DNA of 64,000 nucleotides from contig OX597821.1 of the NCBI GenBank assembly GCA_951406725.2, forward strand, positions 59,396,001 to 59,460,000, read 5' to 3'. Under the pieces are notes generated by a model, which was not told the origin of the DNA, did no database searches, and saw only the letters and a list, made by a program, of their open reading frames with translations. The position numbers were made by a program, and so were the translations under genes. Below, one piece after another: positions 13,605-25,894 of the stretch. Within the stretch, counting starts at the first letter, position 1, and each line of letters starts with the position of its first letter. This DNA is from Octopus vulgaris. Lineage: Eukaryota.

Positions 13605-16600
13605 ATTCTATGATTAGACAACTTTTTAATTCTTGTTTATAGATGTCAAACACACTTATGGTTAATTCTGGCAATCTGGAATAAATAAGTTGTCTAGTAA
13701 TTACTATGTACAAATGTTTACAATATTCATACACACACACACGTCTATTAATAGTTTGTAGAGGAAGTAGTAGTATTAACAGTAGCAAATTATACAGGAA
13801 TAGTAGTAGTAGTAGTCGTAGTAGAATCATTTCATACAGTCTACACAGAAGTCACATAGTGACACCTGTAAGTATGTTGCTCAAACATGTACAGATTCTC
13901 ACAGGAAAATTTAAATGAAAAATAAATTATATACCAAATTTGGTTTAAAAAAATTCTTGCTTTTTTGATTATTAATTTTTTCAGTTCTTAAACAAGAGTA
14001 ACATAACAAGAATTTCATTAAGATCAAAGTGTCCAATTCTTTACAACACTCTTGAAAGGCAGAAAACAGCAGACAATTCTGTTGTTATCCAAGAATTGTA
14101 AAAAATGTGAAATCATAGAAAAACCCAGAGTTCTTCAGAAAGAATATTATTATTCCTAATTAATTAGATTTTAAAAATTCACATTAAATTCTGGCTAAAT
14201 GAAGAGTGGCACCTAAACTTTATTCTATACTTAAGATTGTACACTAGTAGAAAAGAAGTCAAACATATATAATACATAGTCCTAGGGTGTAGAGGTGTCA
14301 CTTTTGATTAACTTTCCTCCTGAACCCAAGCATCTTTTACAAAATACAAGTGTTTGCTTAATACAGGTAGAAATGCACTTAAGTATGCACATCAAAATGC
14401 AACTGCACTATTTTTCATTTTAAAGATGCTTTCAAATAAAAACAAACATCAACAAACAAACAAGAAATTGATACAATTTCTAGAATCTGAGAAAGTGTAT
14501 TCATATTTTATATGATTTTCTGTTGTAAATATTGGGAGTTTTTTTTGTTTTTTTTTCATACCACAACAAGTTACAAAAAGGTCTGGCTAGTTCATTTGCC
14601 TTTTAAATTGAACATTTACACAAAGTTTGTTTTGTGGTTTTTTAAAACTAGATTTCATTTTTATTGTTGGTGTATCTGAGGAGAGAGGTTGCAAACAATG
14701 TAAACAAAGATAATTATTTAATTTTACTTGGAATAATTAAAACTAAAATTTAAACAACAAAAGGAAAGAAATGAAATATCTAAGTAAGTATTGCTCATTT
14801 GTTTCAAGTGGGGGTAGCCATGTATCACTTTAGACACCTATGCTTCTCCCCCTATCATACTTTCGTCTCTCAGATATGAACATTTCTAACATTTTGCATG
14901 CATAAACCATAATAACATTAGTTATATTTACAAAAGTGACCATAATCTGCCTGCAAAATACTACTAGAGAGGTATGCAGTTCAAGAAAGTTATCTGCTGT
15001 GTAAAAAAATAAATTTATGATAGAAATGAATAAAAAAAAAATCCAAAATACATGACTACGTAAGTTTCAGTTAGATTGAGAATGAAATACTTGAAATAGC
15101 AGGAGACTATTCAGAACATCATTTCAACAACTGCCAATTTTCTTTAACCCTTACTTTGCAGGAATCAACTCGGCCCCATACATCAGGATTCGAGACATGG
15201 GAGGTAAGTTTATTCATTTTGATAATGGGAGTACTTTCTGAAATTCTCCACATTTTGCATGATATAATAATGCACATTTTGTTTTTACTCAATAAAAGAA
15301 AGAGGCTATGAGAACTGATTTACAATATCTGCATTTTAGTATGCAAAAATTTAATCAGCAGCACATTAAGGGTTAAGATATCAAACTTATTCCAGTGTTT
15401 TTGTAGCAGAAACATCTGAAAGTGATATGTGAAGATCACTGACAAAAGCCACTTTATAACTTTTAGATAGAGAAAATGCTAACTATTAATATAGATATTT
15501 GATATATATTTGAGATATAATAAAAGATTATCTGACAATATATAGACTATATTAAAGACTGTTGTTACCAAAAGTTTTATAGCATTTGCCGCATAAGAAA
15601 ACAAGAGGAAAGAACGTTAAAAGCCAATAAGTCACAAAAATATTTATAAAAGGCATCAATTACATTGTTAGCTTAACAATGTCTATTTTGAAAAGCAAGC
15701 TCTATAGTTTTAAATTAGAAATTTTTAATTTTAAAAAATGCTATCAAAAATAAGAAAATGCTAGAATTATGATACTGCAACATTGAAGTAAAATTAGAAC
15801 TAAAGATTGTCAGTTTTTCATTGTTGTTATGAAACAGGCACACAAACAAGAGAGCCTTTTCTAATATTACAAATTAACTAAACAAACAATACTTGTAATA
15901 CATTTACAACAAGGGGAATTGAATGATTCTAATTATCAGTCATTGCTTGCTACAACATTAATGTATTAGGGTCTTCGCAAGCAGTTATTAGGGAAAAATA
16001 GAGACATGGAATTTAAGTGGAATCAATGAAAGTATTAAGGTTTAATGGCAACAATGTGGATAACAATTTGTCGAAGGAGTATGGCTTTTATAGATTATCT
16101 GTATAAAAATAGACATAGCTATAGAACGACAAATTACCTTAAATGATAGTTTACCTCATTCAATTATTAGTAAATATTCTGTTAATCATACTAAGAACAT
16201 TAAGAGTAACCCATTCCTTATGTAGGCACAATATTTCTAGAGGTTAAAAGGAGAGGAAAAAAATGAAATGAAACTGAATTCATTTTTATATTGGTTTTAG
16301 AGAAATTCAGAGAAACCTGCTCAAGAATGCATTGGAGGAATAGCTAAGCTTAAAACCTGCAAATCCAGAGAGACAAAAGGAAGGACTATGCAACGAATAG
16401 AAATGTGAGGTAGAAGGTTGAAAATTAGGGTAGCTACAAAATTAAATCTAAGGGTAGCAGAAAGGGAAATCTCTCAACCAAATATCAGAGAACGGTGCTG
16501 GAGATTTTTAACACGAGTTGGTTTAGAGCTTTCAAATACAGATAATGCTGATTGTTGATATAACAAATATTCTAAATCATCTGACAATATATAGGCTATA

Positions 16601-19600
16601 TTAAAGAGAGTAGTTACCTCAAGCTTGATAAGTGCTCGCTGCAGAAGACAATACGAAGAAAGAATCTCTAAAAGGGTAACAGAAGGGAAAATCTTGCAAC
16701 CAAATACCTGAGAATGGTGCTAGTATTGAAGACAGAGAGAGAGAATAAAGTTGTATTTGTAGACCAACACCAAATGGAAGAGAAGCTTGCAATATATCAG
16801 GACAAGAAAAAAGGTAATCTTGGAGATTAGGGAGTGTGCAAAGAATTTTGTGTGTAAACCTATATCTTTGCTGATAGGTTCAGCTCTTTCTGAGAGAAAC
16901 GAAAATTTATAAAATGTCAAAAGCAATCAGCTCAAAGCTAATAATCAGTGTTCGTTATCACTGTCAACTCTCCTCAATCAATGGTAGGATATTCTTAGAA
17001 ATCTGGTCATGATAAGCACTTTTGTTTTTATTTGGAATTAAATTTTATCACAAACACTTTGGATATATTTTTTGGTTGGAAAGAATTTAAAAATTTTTTG
17101 TATTTTATATGTTGATCATATTTAGAAATTTATGATCATATTTGAAAGACAGCATTTAGAATCAAAAGTATTAAAAGTAAAAAAAGCATAAATTGGACCA
17201 GAACTCTTACACTAACCAATGATTTGAAGATATGTAAACACTGAATTATCAAGCGATTTTTAGAAAAATAGACAGAAAGAGCAGAAATCAGAAAGAAAAA
17301 AAAGAACTAAATATTTGCTTAAACGATACAAAGATTAAACTAAAGGATTACAATAAGCACACATAAAATAAATTTTTTAAATTCTTAATGCACAGCAAGC
17401 AGAAATGTTAGAAGACTCCTGCTACTAAGATTTGCTATAAAGTTTGCAAGTTAAAATTTTGGTGAGCTAGGCAAGCAAGATGCTAGTTTTATAGGAGAAT
17501 TGTAAATGGCAATAATGACTGGTATTGAAATGAGTACAAGAAATTATTTCTATCTCAGTTCTTATTTATGATAAAACATTCAACTTAATATTCATCTTTC
17601 TAGCCTTGAGGTTCCAGTGAATGAAGATAAAATATTGAGTGGGGATAAAAGAAACTTACTGCCTCTGCTCTAAGATACTTGTTGAAATTCTTGTTCATTG
17701 GTATTCAATGTTATAATATTTTAAAATAGTCTCAACAAAAGAAAATGTTTGAACTGTTTCATTTTAATTTTTGAAGGATGTTGCCCAACAATCATCAAAG
17801 AAATCATTGCTTTTACAAAGAATAATTCTATATACATACACACATATATACTCACTAACACACAATGGGATTATTGCACAGTTTCTGACTTTCAAATTCC
17901 ACTGACAAGGTATTGATCAAACCAAGGCTATAGCAGAAGATATTTGTTCAATGTAACTTGCAGTAGTATTGAACTCAGAACCACATGCTTGCATAGCAAA
18001 ATTCTTAACCACACAGCCATATCTGTACTATTAATTATAAAATTGCAACTATCTATATACAACTATATTCAAATTATTTCATTTTTACACCATGATAAAC
18101 TTGTTTAAATAAATTTCTGCTTTAAAATATCGAGTTGTTTCAGACATTTGTTGCATAAATACAATTCAGTTTTTGTGAACAGAGAATTATTTTTATTATT
18201 AATTTTCTCTGGTATGCGTTCATTAACTTTATTTGACAAAAGTTAGGGATTGTCTCATTAATATTTTAATGACATCAAAATTTTGGTTTCAAATAAAGAG
18301 CTGATTTAATCAATTTAAGCTATATATATATACAAAATTTAATCAGTTTCATTTTGATACACTTTGCTCAAATTTACCTAAATTATGAGAATTACAGTAA
18401 ACGAATTGTCAAACGAACAAAAGTTTGAAGCATATTTTTATCATTGCTCTGAGTTTGCAGACTTTTGCAAGAGAGAAACTGCTTTAGATTGATATGTCAA
18501 AAGCAACAGCATTCCTTAGACTTAGAACCACTTAAAAAGAGTGCTTGTTATCCCTGTCCTATGATGAGAAGTATATAAGTAGACTACAGCAGTCTAGTTA
18601 TAACTAACTGATGTAACAAAACAAAGCCTCTTCAGCTGCACAGATATATGCCAGAGATGTGCTAAGATATATGAGTACACCAGAAGAAAATTATCATAAT
18701 TTATGAAAAGGTTACATGTTAAAGGCATAAACAAAATTACATAAACCTTTAAAAATCTTTTATATTTGTCATGATTAATAATTTTAATCTGCCTTGCTTA
18801 ATATTTTTAATCTGCCATTATTAATAGTTTTAATTACAAAATATTCCATTTTCAGGAAGTAAAACTTATTCCAAGTTCACTGATTAGCTGAAATTCTGAA
18901 TTAAATTTACAATACATTATGATCTTAAATTCAAGACTATTTAAAACGTAATCTCTCACTCTCTTTCTCACACAGACACACACATCAGGATCTGCATGAA
19001 AATATGCTCAATTTGTAGTATTTTGCTGAACATTTTATGTAGTCCCTACTATATATAAATATAGCAATAAGTGGAAAATGCTAATTTTTCCCTTAAAAAA
19101 ATAAAGAGTGCACAATTTCAAATGGCATTTCATATCTAATTAAACTTATTTGTTTTAAAAATAGAATTATTTTAATACGAGGCAGCAGAATAGAAGGGTT
19201 GGGTCTGTACTGGAACTGGCAGTGTTTAATTTCTTATGAAACCAAAGAGTTTTGCATTAAAAAACCAAAAAACATTACGCTAGAAGATCCAGAACTATAT
19301 ATTGCTAAATATAGACAGACACTAACATGCACCAACTGATTGCTATGATTACATAAGAATAGAAAAGACTATTTTTATCTAAAGTAGACTTTTGTCCTTT
19401 TACAACACATTTGTACAGATTGCAATAAATTCAGGGATGACAGTATTTGTATGATAAATTTGAAAAGATAAAAAAAAAAAACCCTATTGCAATGGGGAGG
19501 ATCAGGGATTTTTAAGGGATGACTATACTTAGAGGAAATATGTAGAAGAAAAATTGAATATAAATAGTTTTTAATTGTGAGTTTTTATGATTTTTTTTTT

Positions 19601-20322
19601 CTCTGTCTTCTACATGCCTAATTCTCTCAAATGAAACACTTGAAGAGACGACTTCAGATTAATTTGCTAAGGTGGAAAAATTCAATAGCTTGTTTCTAAA
19701 TGTAACAATTTTTTTTTTTTTATGTGGATGAATTATACTTTGTGAAATAAATTTACAGCACTTTCTGTTTGTTTGTCTGTTGATGTTGTTAATTCAGTAA
19801 TAAATTCATAAACACTTGACACCAGAGAGAGAGAGAGGCAGCTGAAATGTCGCAAAACAGATGTAGACATGGCAAGGATCTGAGTGGACATTAAGACCTC
19901 AGTTTGTCATAAATGAATTAAAATAAAAAAAAATTCAATTTTTTTAAAAAATACGTTCCAAATTATCAGTTTTAAAATAACCCTACATTTTTCTATATAC
20001 ATACACTCATTCAATTTCATTTTCTATAAAAAAAAAATTATAAAAAAACACCCTCCCAATTTTCTAATTAAGGAAATAAAGAAAATTACAAACAAAAGAA
20101 AACTAGATTAAAATGAAAGAAAAAAAAAGAACCCAGCAGTGTCTGAAAAGATTTGTTTAAATAATTTCTATTGTAACTAAACTGACATTCTCGGTTATAT
20201 ATAACAAGTGTTTGTTCTGCTTGTTGTGTTGTTTTATACAGAGGCCATTGATAAAGAGAGCAGTTGTTGTTGTTGATATTCTAAAAATGCATAGTTTATG
20301 GCACAAAAGATTCCTGCACTGA
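13605..20322 (-). other. Probable long 3' UTR of the TRAK/Milton gene
   Basis: About 6.7 kb nearly free of the SINE copies seen every 1-2 kb elsewhere. Starts at the stop codon and ends near a poly(A) signal followed by a U-rich tract. Confidence 0.55.
13625..13630 (-). terminator. Candidate distal polyadenylation signal ATTAAA
   Basis: Plus-strand tttaat. About 25 nt downstream on the minus strand is ttgttttctcttttttctttatcattttcttctgttt, and repeat density rises beyond it. Confidence 0.45.
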
Positions 20323-21052
20323 CTATAGAATACCACCTTGCCTTAACGACGTGATAGCACCAAGAACACCACCAGACTTTTCTAATGCAATGTCATTCGC
20401 CGTTGTTGTTGATGGTGAACTGTTGTTATTGCTGCGGTTGCTATCTCTACTGCTGTTGTTGTTGTCATTGATGATAGTGGCGTTGTTGGTGGTGGTAGTG
20501 GCGGTAGAATTAGGACTGGCTGCACCATTTGTTGCAGTAGTGCACTTTAGCGTACTATCAATAGAAGAGTCAGTTGTGATTGCTTCTCCTACAGAGTTAT
20601 TGTTTTCTGTTGATGCTGATGATGATGATGATAAAATACCGTAAATTGAAAACCCTTTAGATTTTAAAGTACTCAGAAATGATGCCCCTGCAGATTGGGT
20701 TTTGGCCCCAACTTCACTTGAGCTGTCCAAGGCATCTACTGAAGAACTGTTAGCATTGCCATCATCTTTAGTTTCTTTAACTTCACTACTGGATTTCTTC
20801 TTCCGATAGAAGTGAGTCGGGGTGGCATCACTGCTTGAACCACCCGACCGAGTGTAAATTCCACTGTGAGAATCATCACTACTGGTTCCATCACCACCTG
20901 GACTCACAGAATTACCTTTGCACCGCCGCCCAAACTTCCACGTATCACAAAGGCCTCGTTCGTTAAGGATAGCAGCCAGTCCAAGTGACATGCTACATGT
21001 GGTGGTGTCAGCAGTTTTGCGAGTCGATTTCCTTGAGCAAGCAGCAGGAGGC
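20323..21052 (-). CDS. TRAK1: TRAK/Milton terminal coding exon (PPAACSRKSTRKTADTTTCSMSLGLAAILNERGL...GGVLGAITSLRQGGIL*)
   Basis: Strong acceptor tcttttctttttcag|, phase 2 matching the upstream exon. TCSMSLGLAAILNERG resembles TRAK TMSTSLGLVWLLKERG. Open for 243 codons to TAG at 20323-20325. Confidence 0.9.
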
Positions 21053-21142
21053 CTGAAAAAGAAAAGAAGAAAAACAATATTACATCAACAGACATATATA
21101 TGCATGCATAAACACACACTAATATCAATATATATATATATA

Positions 21143-21356
21143 CAGAGGGTTGGCCAAAAGCCATCTGACAGTAAATCAAAACCATTTAATTCAAAGATTT
21201 ATTTATGTTTTACAACTAGATGAATTTAATAAAGACAACTAAATATGAAACATTGTGAAAATTGAGCGACACATTTTTCCATTCGAGTCAATACAGAATT
21301 ACATATAGTATTTATGGAATTTTGATTTACTGTTAGGTGACTTTTGGCCAATCCTG
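21143..21356. mobile_element. Tc1/mariner-type MITE about 90 bp from the last-exon acceptor
   Basis: About 40 bp imperfect TIRs cagagggttggccaaaagccatctgacagtaaatcaaaa / ttttgatttactgttaggtgacttttggccaatcctg, flanked by TA. Confidence 0.8.
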
Positions 21357-21364
21357 TATATACC

Positions 21365-21399
<35 letters not shown>

Positions 21400-21555
21400 T
21401 ATCAAATATCATAAAACATAAATTAATTTATTAACATTATCTTCACCTCCAAAGAATGTATCATAATTACCAAATAGCAATTGAGAGCAGCTCTACATGA
21501 AAAGAGGGAGATAATTTTGATAATCAAGACCTCCTAAGTTGACATGCCATTAAGG

Positions 21556-21848
21556 CAGGGGTCGGGGAACATTTTTAACCAATTACTCCAAAATATATTT
21601 ATTTATGCCGATGTCACCCCTTGGTTTGAAAGGAAGAAAATCATAGATTCTTTGAATCCAAAAGGTTTATTAAATCTATTGACATGTCCAATAGGCTGGA
21701 CAGATGCAGTGTGGCCACAAAAATTTCTTTTGTAACGAGGAACACATTTTTTTATATAATTTTACTTATGTCTAATGAGTTGTTATTAACCCCAAGAATT
21801 TCATTTTTACCCCACTTTGGATAATTTACTCCAGTTCACCAACCCCTG
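21556..21848. mobile_element. hAT-type MITE
   Basis: TIRs caggggtcggggaac / gttcaccaacccctg with a perfect 8-bp target-site duplication cattaagg (21548-21555 and 21849-21856). Confidence 0.88.
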
Positions 21849-22280
21849 CATTAAGGAAATGGACAGGCTTATTGTCTGGGAGATAAGAGAACAACAGTAG
21901 GTTTATGTTTCTGGTTTAATAACTCATCAGTATGACAATTCTTTGACCTTAACTAGTGTAGCCATGGGACTTAGACTTATACAAAATAGACTAGAACACA
22001 TTTATGGCCAAGGTAATTTATATAGTCTAAATAAAAACGAACTAAGAGAAATAACTCAGTGGCCTGTGGAATGGATATGAACAACAAATACAGGTATATA
22101 AAACATTTTTCACACCAGTCGTAAAATTGAAAAGCAACAAAAACAAAACAATTTTAATCTGCCAAACTTATTTGTTACAAACCAACAATATAAACCAGAT
22201 AGAATTCTATATTTCTGAAATCAGGAATTTATATTATGTATATTGTCTATATTAGTCAAACTGGTGTCCTTATTTTGACA

Positions 22281-22535
22281 ATTGCTTTCATTATGTTTTG
22301 GCTATTGTATGCTTCATCCTTCTTCAGGTGCTGTGTTGAACTTTGTTGTATTGGAATTTCAAACCTAATCCTTTATTTGATCAAGAGAGTGAAATGAGAA
22401 CAGTGGATCCCTGTAGATCAAATCAAGAGATAGGTTCGAAATTCTGATATAACAACTGAATTCAACACAAAGCACCTGAAGAAGGCTGGAGCGTACAACA
22501 ACTGAAATGTACTGAAAGCAACAATTAAGGCAAAG
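22281..22535. repeat. Inverted repeat with about 100-bp arms, Penelope-like terminal sequence
   Basis: ccttcttcaggtgctgtgttgaa...gaatttcaaaccta...atttgatc pairs with gatcaaat...taggttcgaaattc...ttcaacacaaagcacctgaagaagg. Confidence 0.7.
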
Positions 22536-22693
22536 ATACCAGTCTGACAAATTAAACAGTGTACATAATAAACCTGATAATTTTTATGTCAAAATCAACA
22601 GGTAAAAGAAAAGAAATATTTTCATTACTGTAACAAGAGGATTTATTATTTCAGTTTTAAAATAAGGCAGTGAGCTGGCAGAATCATTAGCAC

Positions 22694-22962
22694 CAGGGCT
22701 GTGGAGTCAGAGTCGTGGAGTCAGAAACAATTAAGGGGTAACTGGAGTTGGAGTTGGTAAAACTATACCAACTCCCACTCACAATATCTTTATTCTTTAA
22801 TATAAACCAGTTATAACATATAGGCCTACTCAAAGTACAAGCGTATGCTTTATGAGATATGTTGGCCACAATCATTTAATTACATAAAGAGGAGTCAGAG
22901 TCAAAGGTGCCAATAGTAGAGGAGTCAGAGTCGAAGTCTTTTGTTTTCACTCCATAGCCCTG
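22694..22962. mobile_element. hAT-type MITE with GGAGTC subterminal repeats, inserted in a SINE head
   Basis: TIRs cagggctgtggagt / actccatagccctg with an 8-bp TSD attagcac / gttagcac. Confidence 0.85.
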
Positions 22963-24520
22963 GTTAGCACACTGGACAAAATTCTTAGCAGCATTTCACT
23001 AGTCTTTATGATCTGAGTTCAAATTTCACCAAGACCGACTTTGCCTTTCATCCTTTCAAGACCAATAGAATAAGTACCAGTTGAATCCTGGGGGTCAATG
23101 TAATTGATTTACCCCTCACCTCAAACTTGTTGGCCTTGTACCAGAAATTTGAAGCCAATATATTTGATATATGTGCATAAATATGTGAATGCATATAAAC
23201 AGCACTCCACCGACACACACATGCATATGTTTTTATTTTTTATTTTGTTTCAGTCATTGGAAAGCGGCCATGCAGGGGTACCAAATTAAAAGGGTCAAGT
23301 CAAACAAATCAACCCAGGTACTTATTTTCAAGTCGGGCACTTATTCCATTGGTCTCTTTTGCTGAACAACTGTCATAGGAATGTAAATAAACCAACACTG
23401 GTTGTCAACAAGCAAGGGAGACACATACACACATACACATACACTTCTGTCAACTAAATTTGCTGACAAAGCATTGGTCAGCCTGGGGCTATAGTAGATG
23501 ACACTTGCCCAAAGTGTCATGTCGTGGGACTGAACCTGAAACCACATGGTTGCAAAGCAAGTTTCAATAACCACACAGCCATTACTGTGCCTATATGTGT
23601 CAACACACACACACACAAACAAAACAAAACATTTCTTTAAAATCCATTCCAGGTGTAAACATTCACAGAGTCTTCTGGTCACAAATCAATAGATTACTCA
23701 TTAATATTGGATTCTAAAAATGAAAATCAACTTCCAAGACACAACTTTGTTCAATGGCAAAACAAACTCAAATTCTATCATCTACAACCAAGCCCAACGT
23801 TTTCTTTATTAATTAACAAAAAGAACACAGCAAATCATGAGAAATACTACAGCTAATTCTGTAAAAGAAAGTGTGAGTGATTACTGGAGCTCCTTACATA
23901 TGCATACACACACATGTATACACACACAGACACACATATATACACACAATTGTCTATCTATCTATACACACAAACATATATATCATGTAGCAAAATTAAT
24001 ATAATGATTCTCAAGATGAAACGATGATGGCAGATAATGATAGAAGCAGTTGAATATTTAGTCTTGTGATTATATTTCAAGGAGACTTCATTTCAAATCC
24101 TGTTGAGATTTCACTTTGCCCATCCTCCATTAAAGTACTAGGGCCAGTCCAATCAAGTACACCTCTTCCTCTACAAACGTATGTATAACATTGTGTCAAA
24201 GTTAAAAGCTTTTATTAAGGTGAAACCACGATGCTTTTAAATGTTGCATCTGCATATGAAAACTTATGAAAATTAGTCTTCGTTATATGTTGATGCCACC
24301 GAAATGAACAACATTATTGATAAGGTGTTGAAATTGTGACCATTTTTGGTCAGTAACAGATGTGGGGTATGCATGTCCATGCCCTCTGTGTATTTTCCCC
24401 GTTTACCATGTACTTTCATCATTTTTTCATCTAACATTTTGTGTGTGTGTGCATAGACAGACAGACAGACAAAGGGATAGAATCAACAAGTCCTATAATT
24501 CTTCATGTTTAATCAATGAA

Positions 24521-24566
24521 ATTTTAAGTGAAAGAATAATCAATAAAATTGAATATATAATTTGGT

Positions 24567-24619
<53 letters not shown>

Positions 24620-24663
24620 AGAACCAAATTATAGATTCAATTTTATTGATTATTCTTTCACTT

Positions 24664-24668
<5 letters not shown>
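24521..24668. repeat. Near-perfect palindrome centred on (TA)n
   Basis: About 51-bp arms with one mismatch: attttaagtgaaagaataatcaataaaattgaatatataatttggttctct and its reverse complement. Confidence 0.92.
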
Positions 24669-24703
<35 letters not shown>

Positions 24704-25894
24704 AATACGCCAGCTCAGTTTTCTAATATACTGATTTTCAACAATGATGCAAAAGTGAGGGGTACAGTTGATTATAATAACACCAGTGTTTGACTGCTAT
24801 TTCACTTTATTGGACATAGAAGAGAGTAGAAGGCAAGTTGGCTTCAAACAGGATTACTCCCAATATTGCCTAGTTTCTATGAAGATTTTACAAAGATAAA
24901 TTTAACATCAAGGCAAAACAGTGCTTCTCTTTAAATCAATAAAACTATAAGATTTACTCAAGGAAATTTCGTACTTTATTGAAAGTTGCTCTATGTACTT
25001 CCCAGAACTAAATCAGACTGAAGTCAAATATTGAGTCGTTCAAAGTATTTGGTTTGAAATGAGAATGAATGAAATTGCGGACAGTACTTAAATGGGGAAA
25101 AAATATGTAAAATACATCCATAACCTTGAGTTGATAACAAGCAGTGTAGCTATTTGTGATTAGACAATAGATTAGCATTTAACATTCCTAATGTAACCAA
25201 ATCCATGCAGTTCAGGAGAGAAGATAAGCATAATGAGGACTGTCTTTAGTATTAGCTTTAATAACTTGCTAGTAGAAATACTGAAAAAACTGCTAAAGAA
25301 GCTTCATAAAGACTACACTAAGTAGATCTCGCACTCTAATTCAAACAGAGATAATACCCATCACGCCCTGTTTCTATATATAGTTGTTTACTGGTCAAGT
25401 GGTTTCTCAGTTTCAGCACTGGACAGTTCTTTTGTATCTGAACATATAGAGGCCATTTTACAAGCTGCGGCCAACCTAAGGCTGAACGATAATCAAAGAC
25501 GTTGTTACAAAGATGAAATATAATAACTAGTGCAAAGTTTTTCTTTAAATGGTAACATGGTAAAACAGAACTGATTTGAATATGAAAATATTCCAATTAA
25601 ACAAACAATTTAACAATAGACCTTTGTCAATTGGATTCAAATGACATCACAAGAAATAATGAAGGAGATGGAATTGGCAACAAGTATAAACTTATTGATT
25701 AATGAATGATTTCTTTCAATGCCATCAGTGTGTAGATGAGCCCTGAATGCCAGCTATGTACCAGTTAAATTTTTATATGAAAATGAAAACACACATATAT
25801 ACACAGATCTAGTAAAATGAAATCTACATACAAACATTTAAACTACTATGATAGAAATAAATATACCTAACGATACATTAAACTATATATATAT

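Noticed and set aside
15148-15372. ttaaccctta ... taagggttaa ends inside the putative 3' UTR
   Set aside because: The inverted match is only about 10 bp and the interior has no similarity to the other TTAA MITEs, too weak to call.
20296-20325. Possible stop-codon readthrough of the TRAK TAG
   Set aside because: The context TAG-T is not a typical leaky one and a TAA follows after eight codons.
20351-20644. Hydrophobic 97-aa plus-strand ORF resembling a membrane protein
   Set aside because: It is the antisense shadow of the Ser/Thr/Asn-rich TRAK exon.
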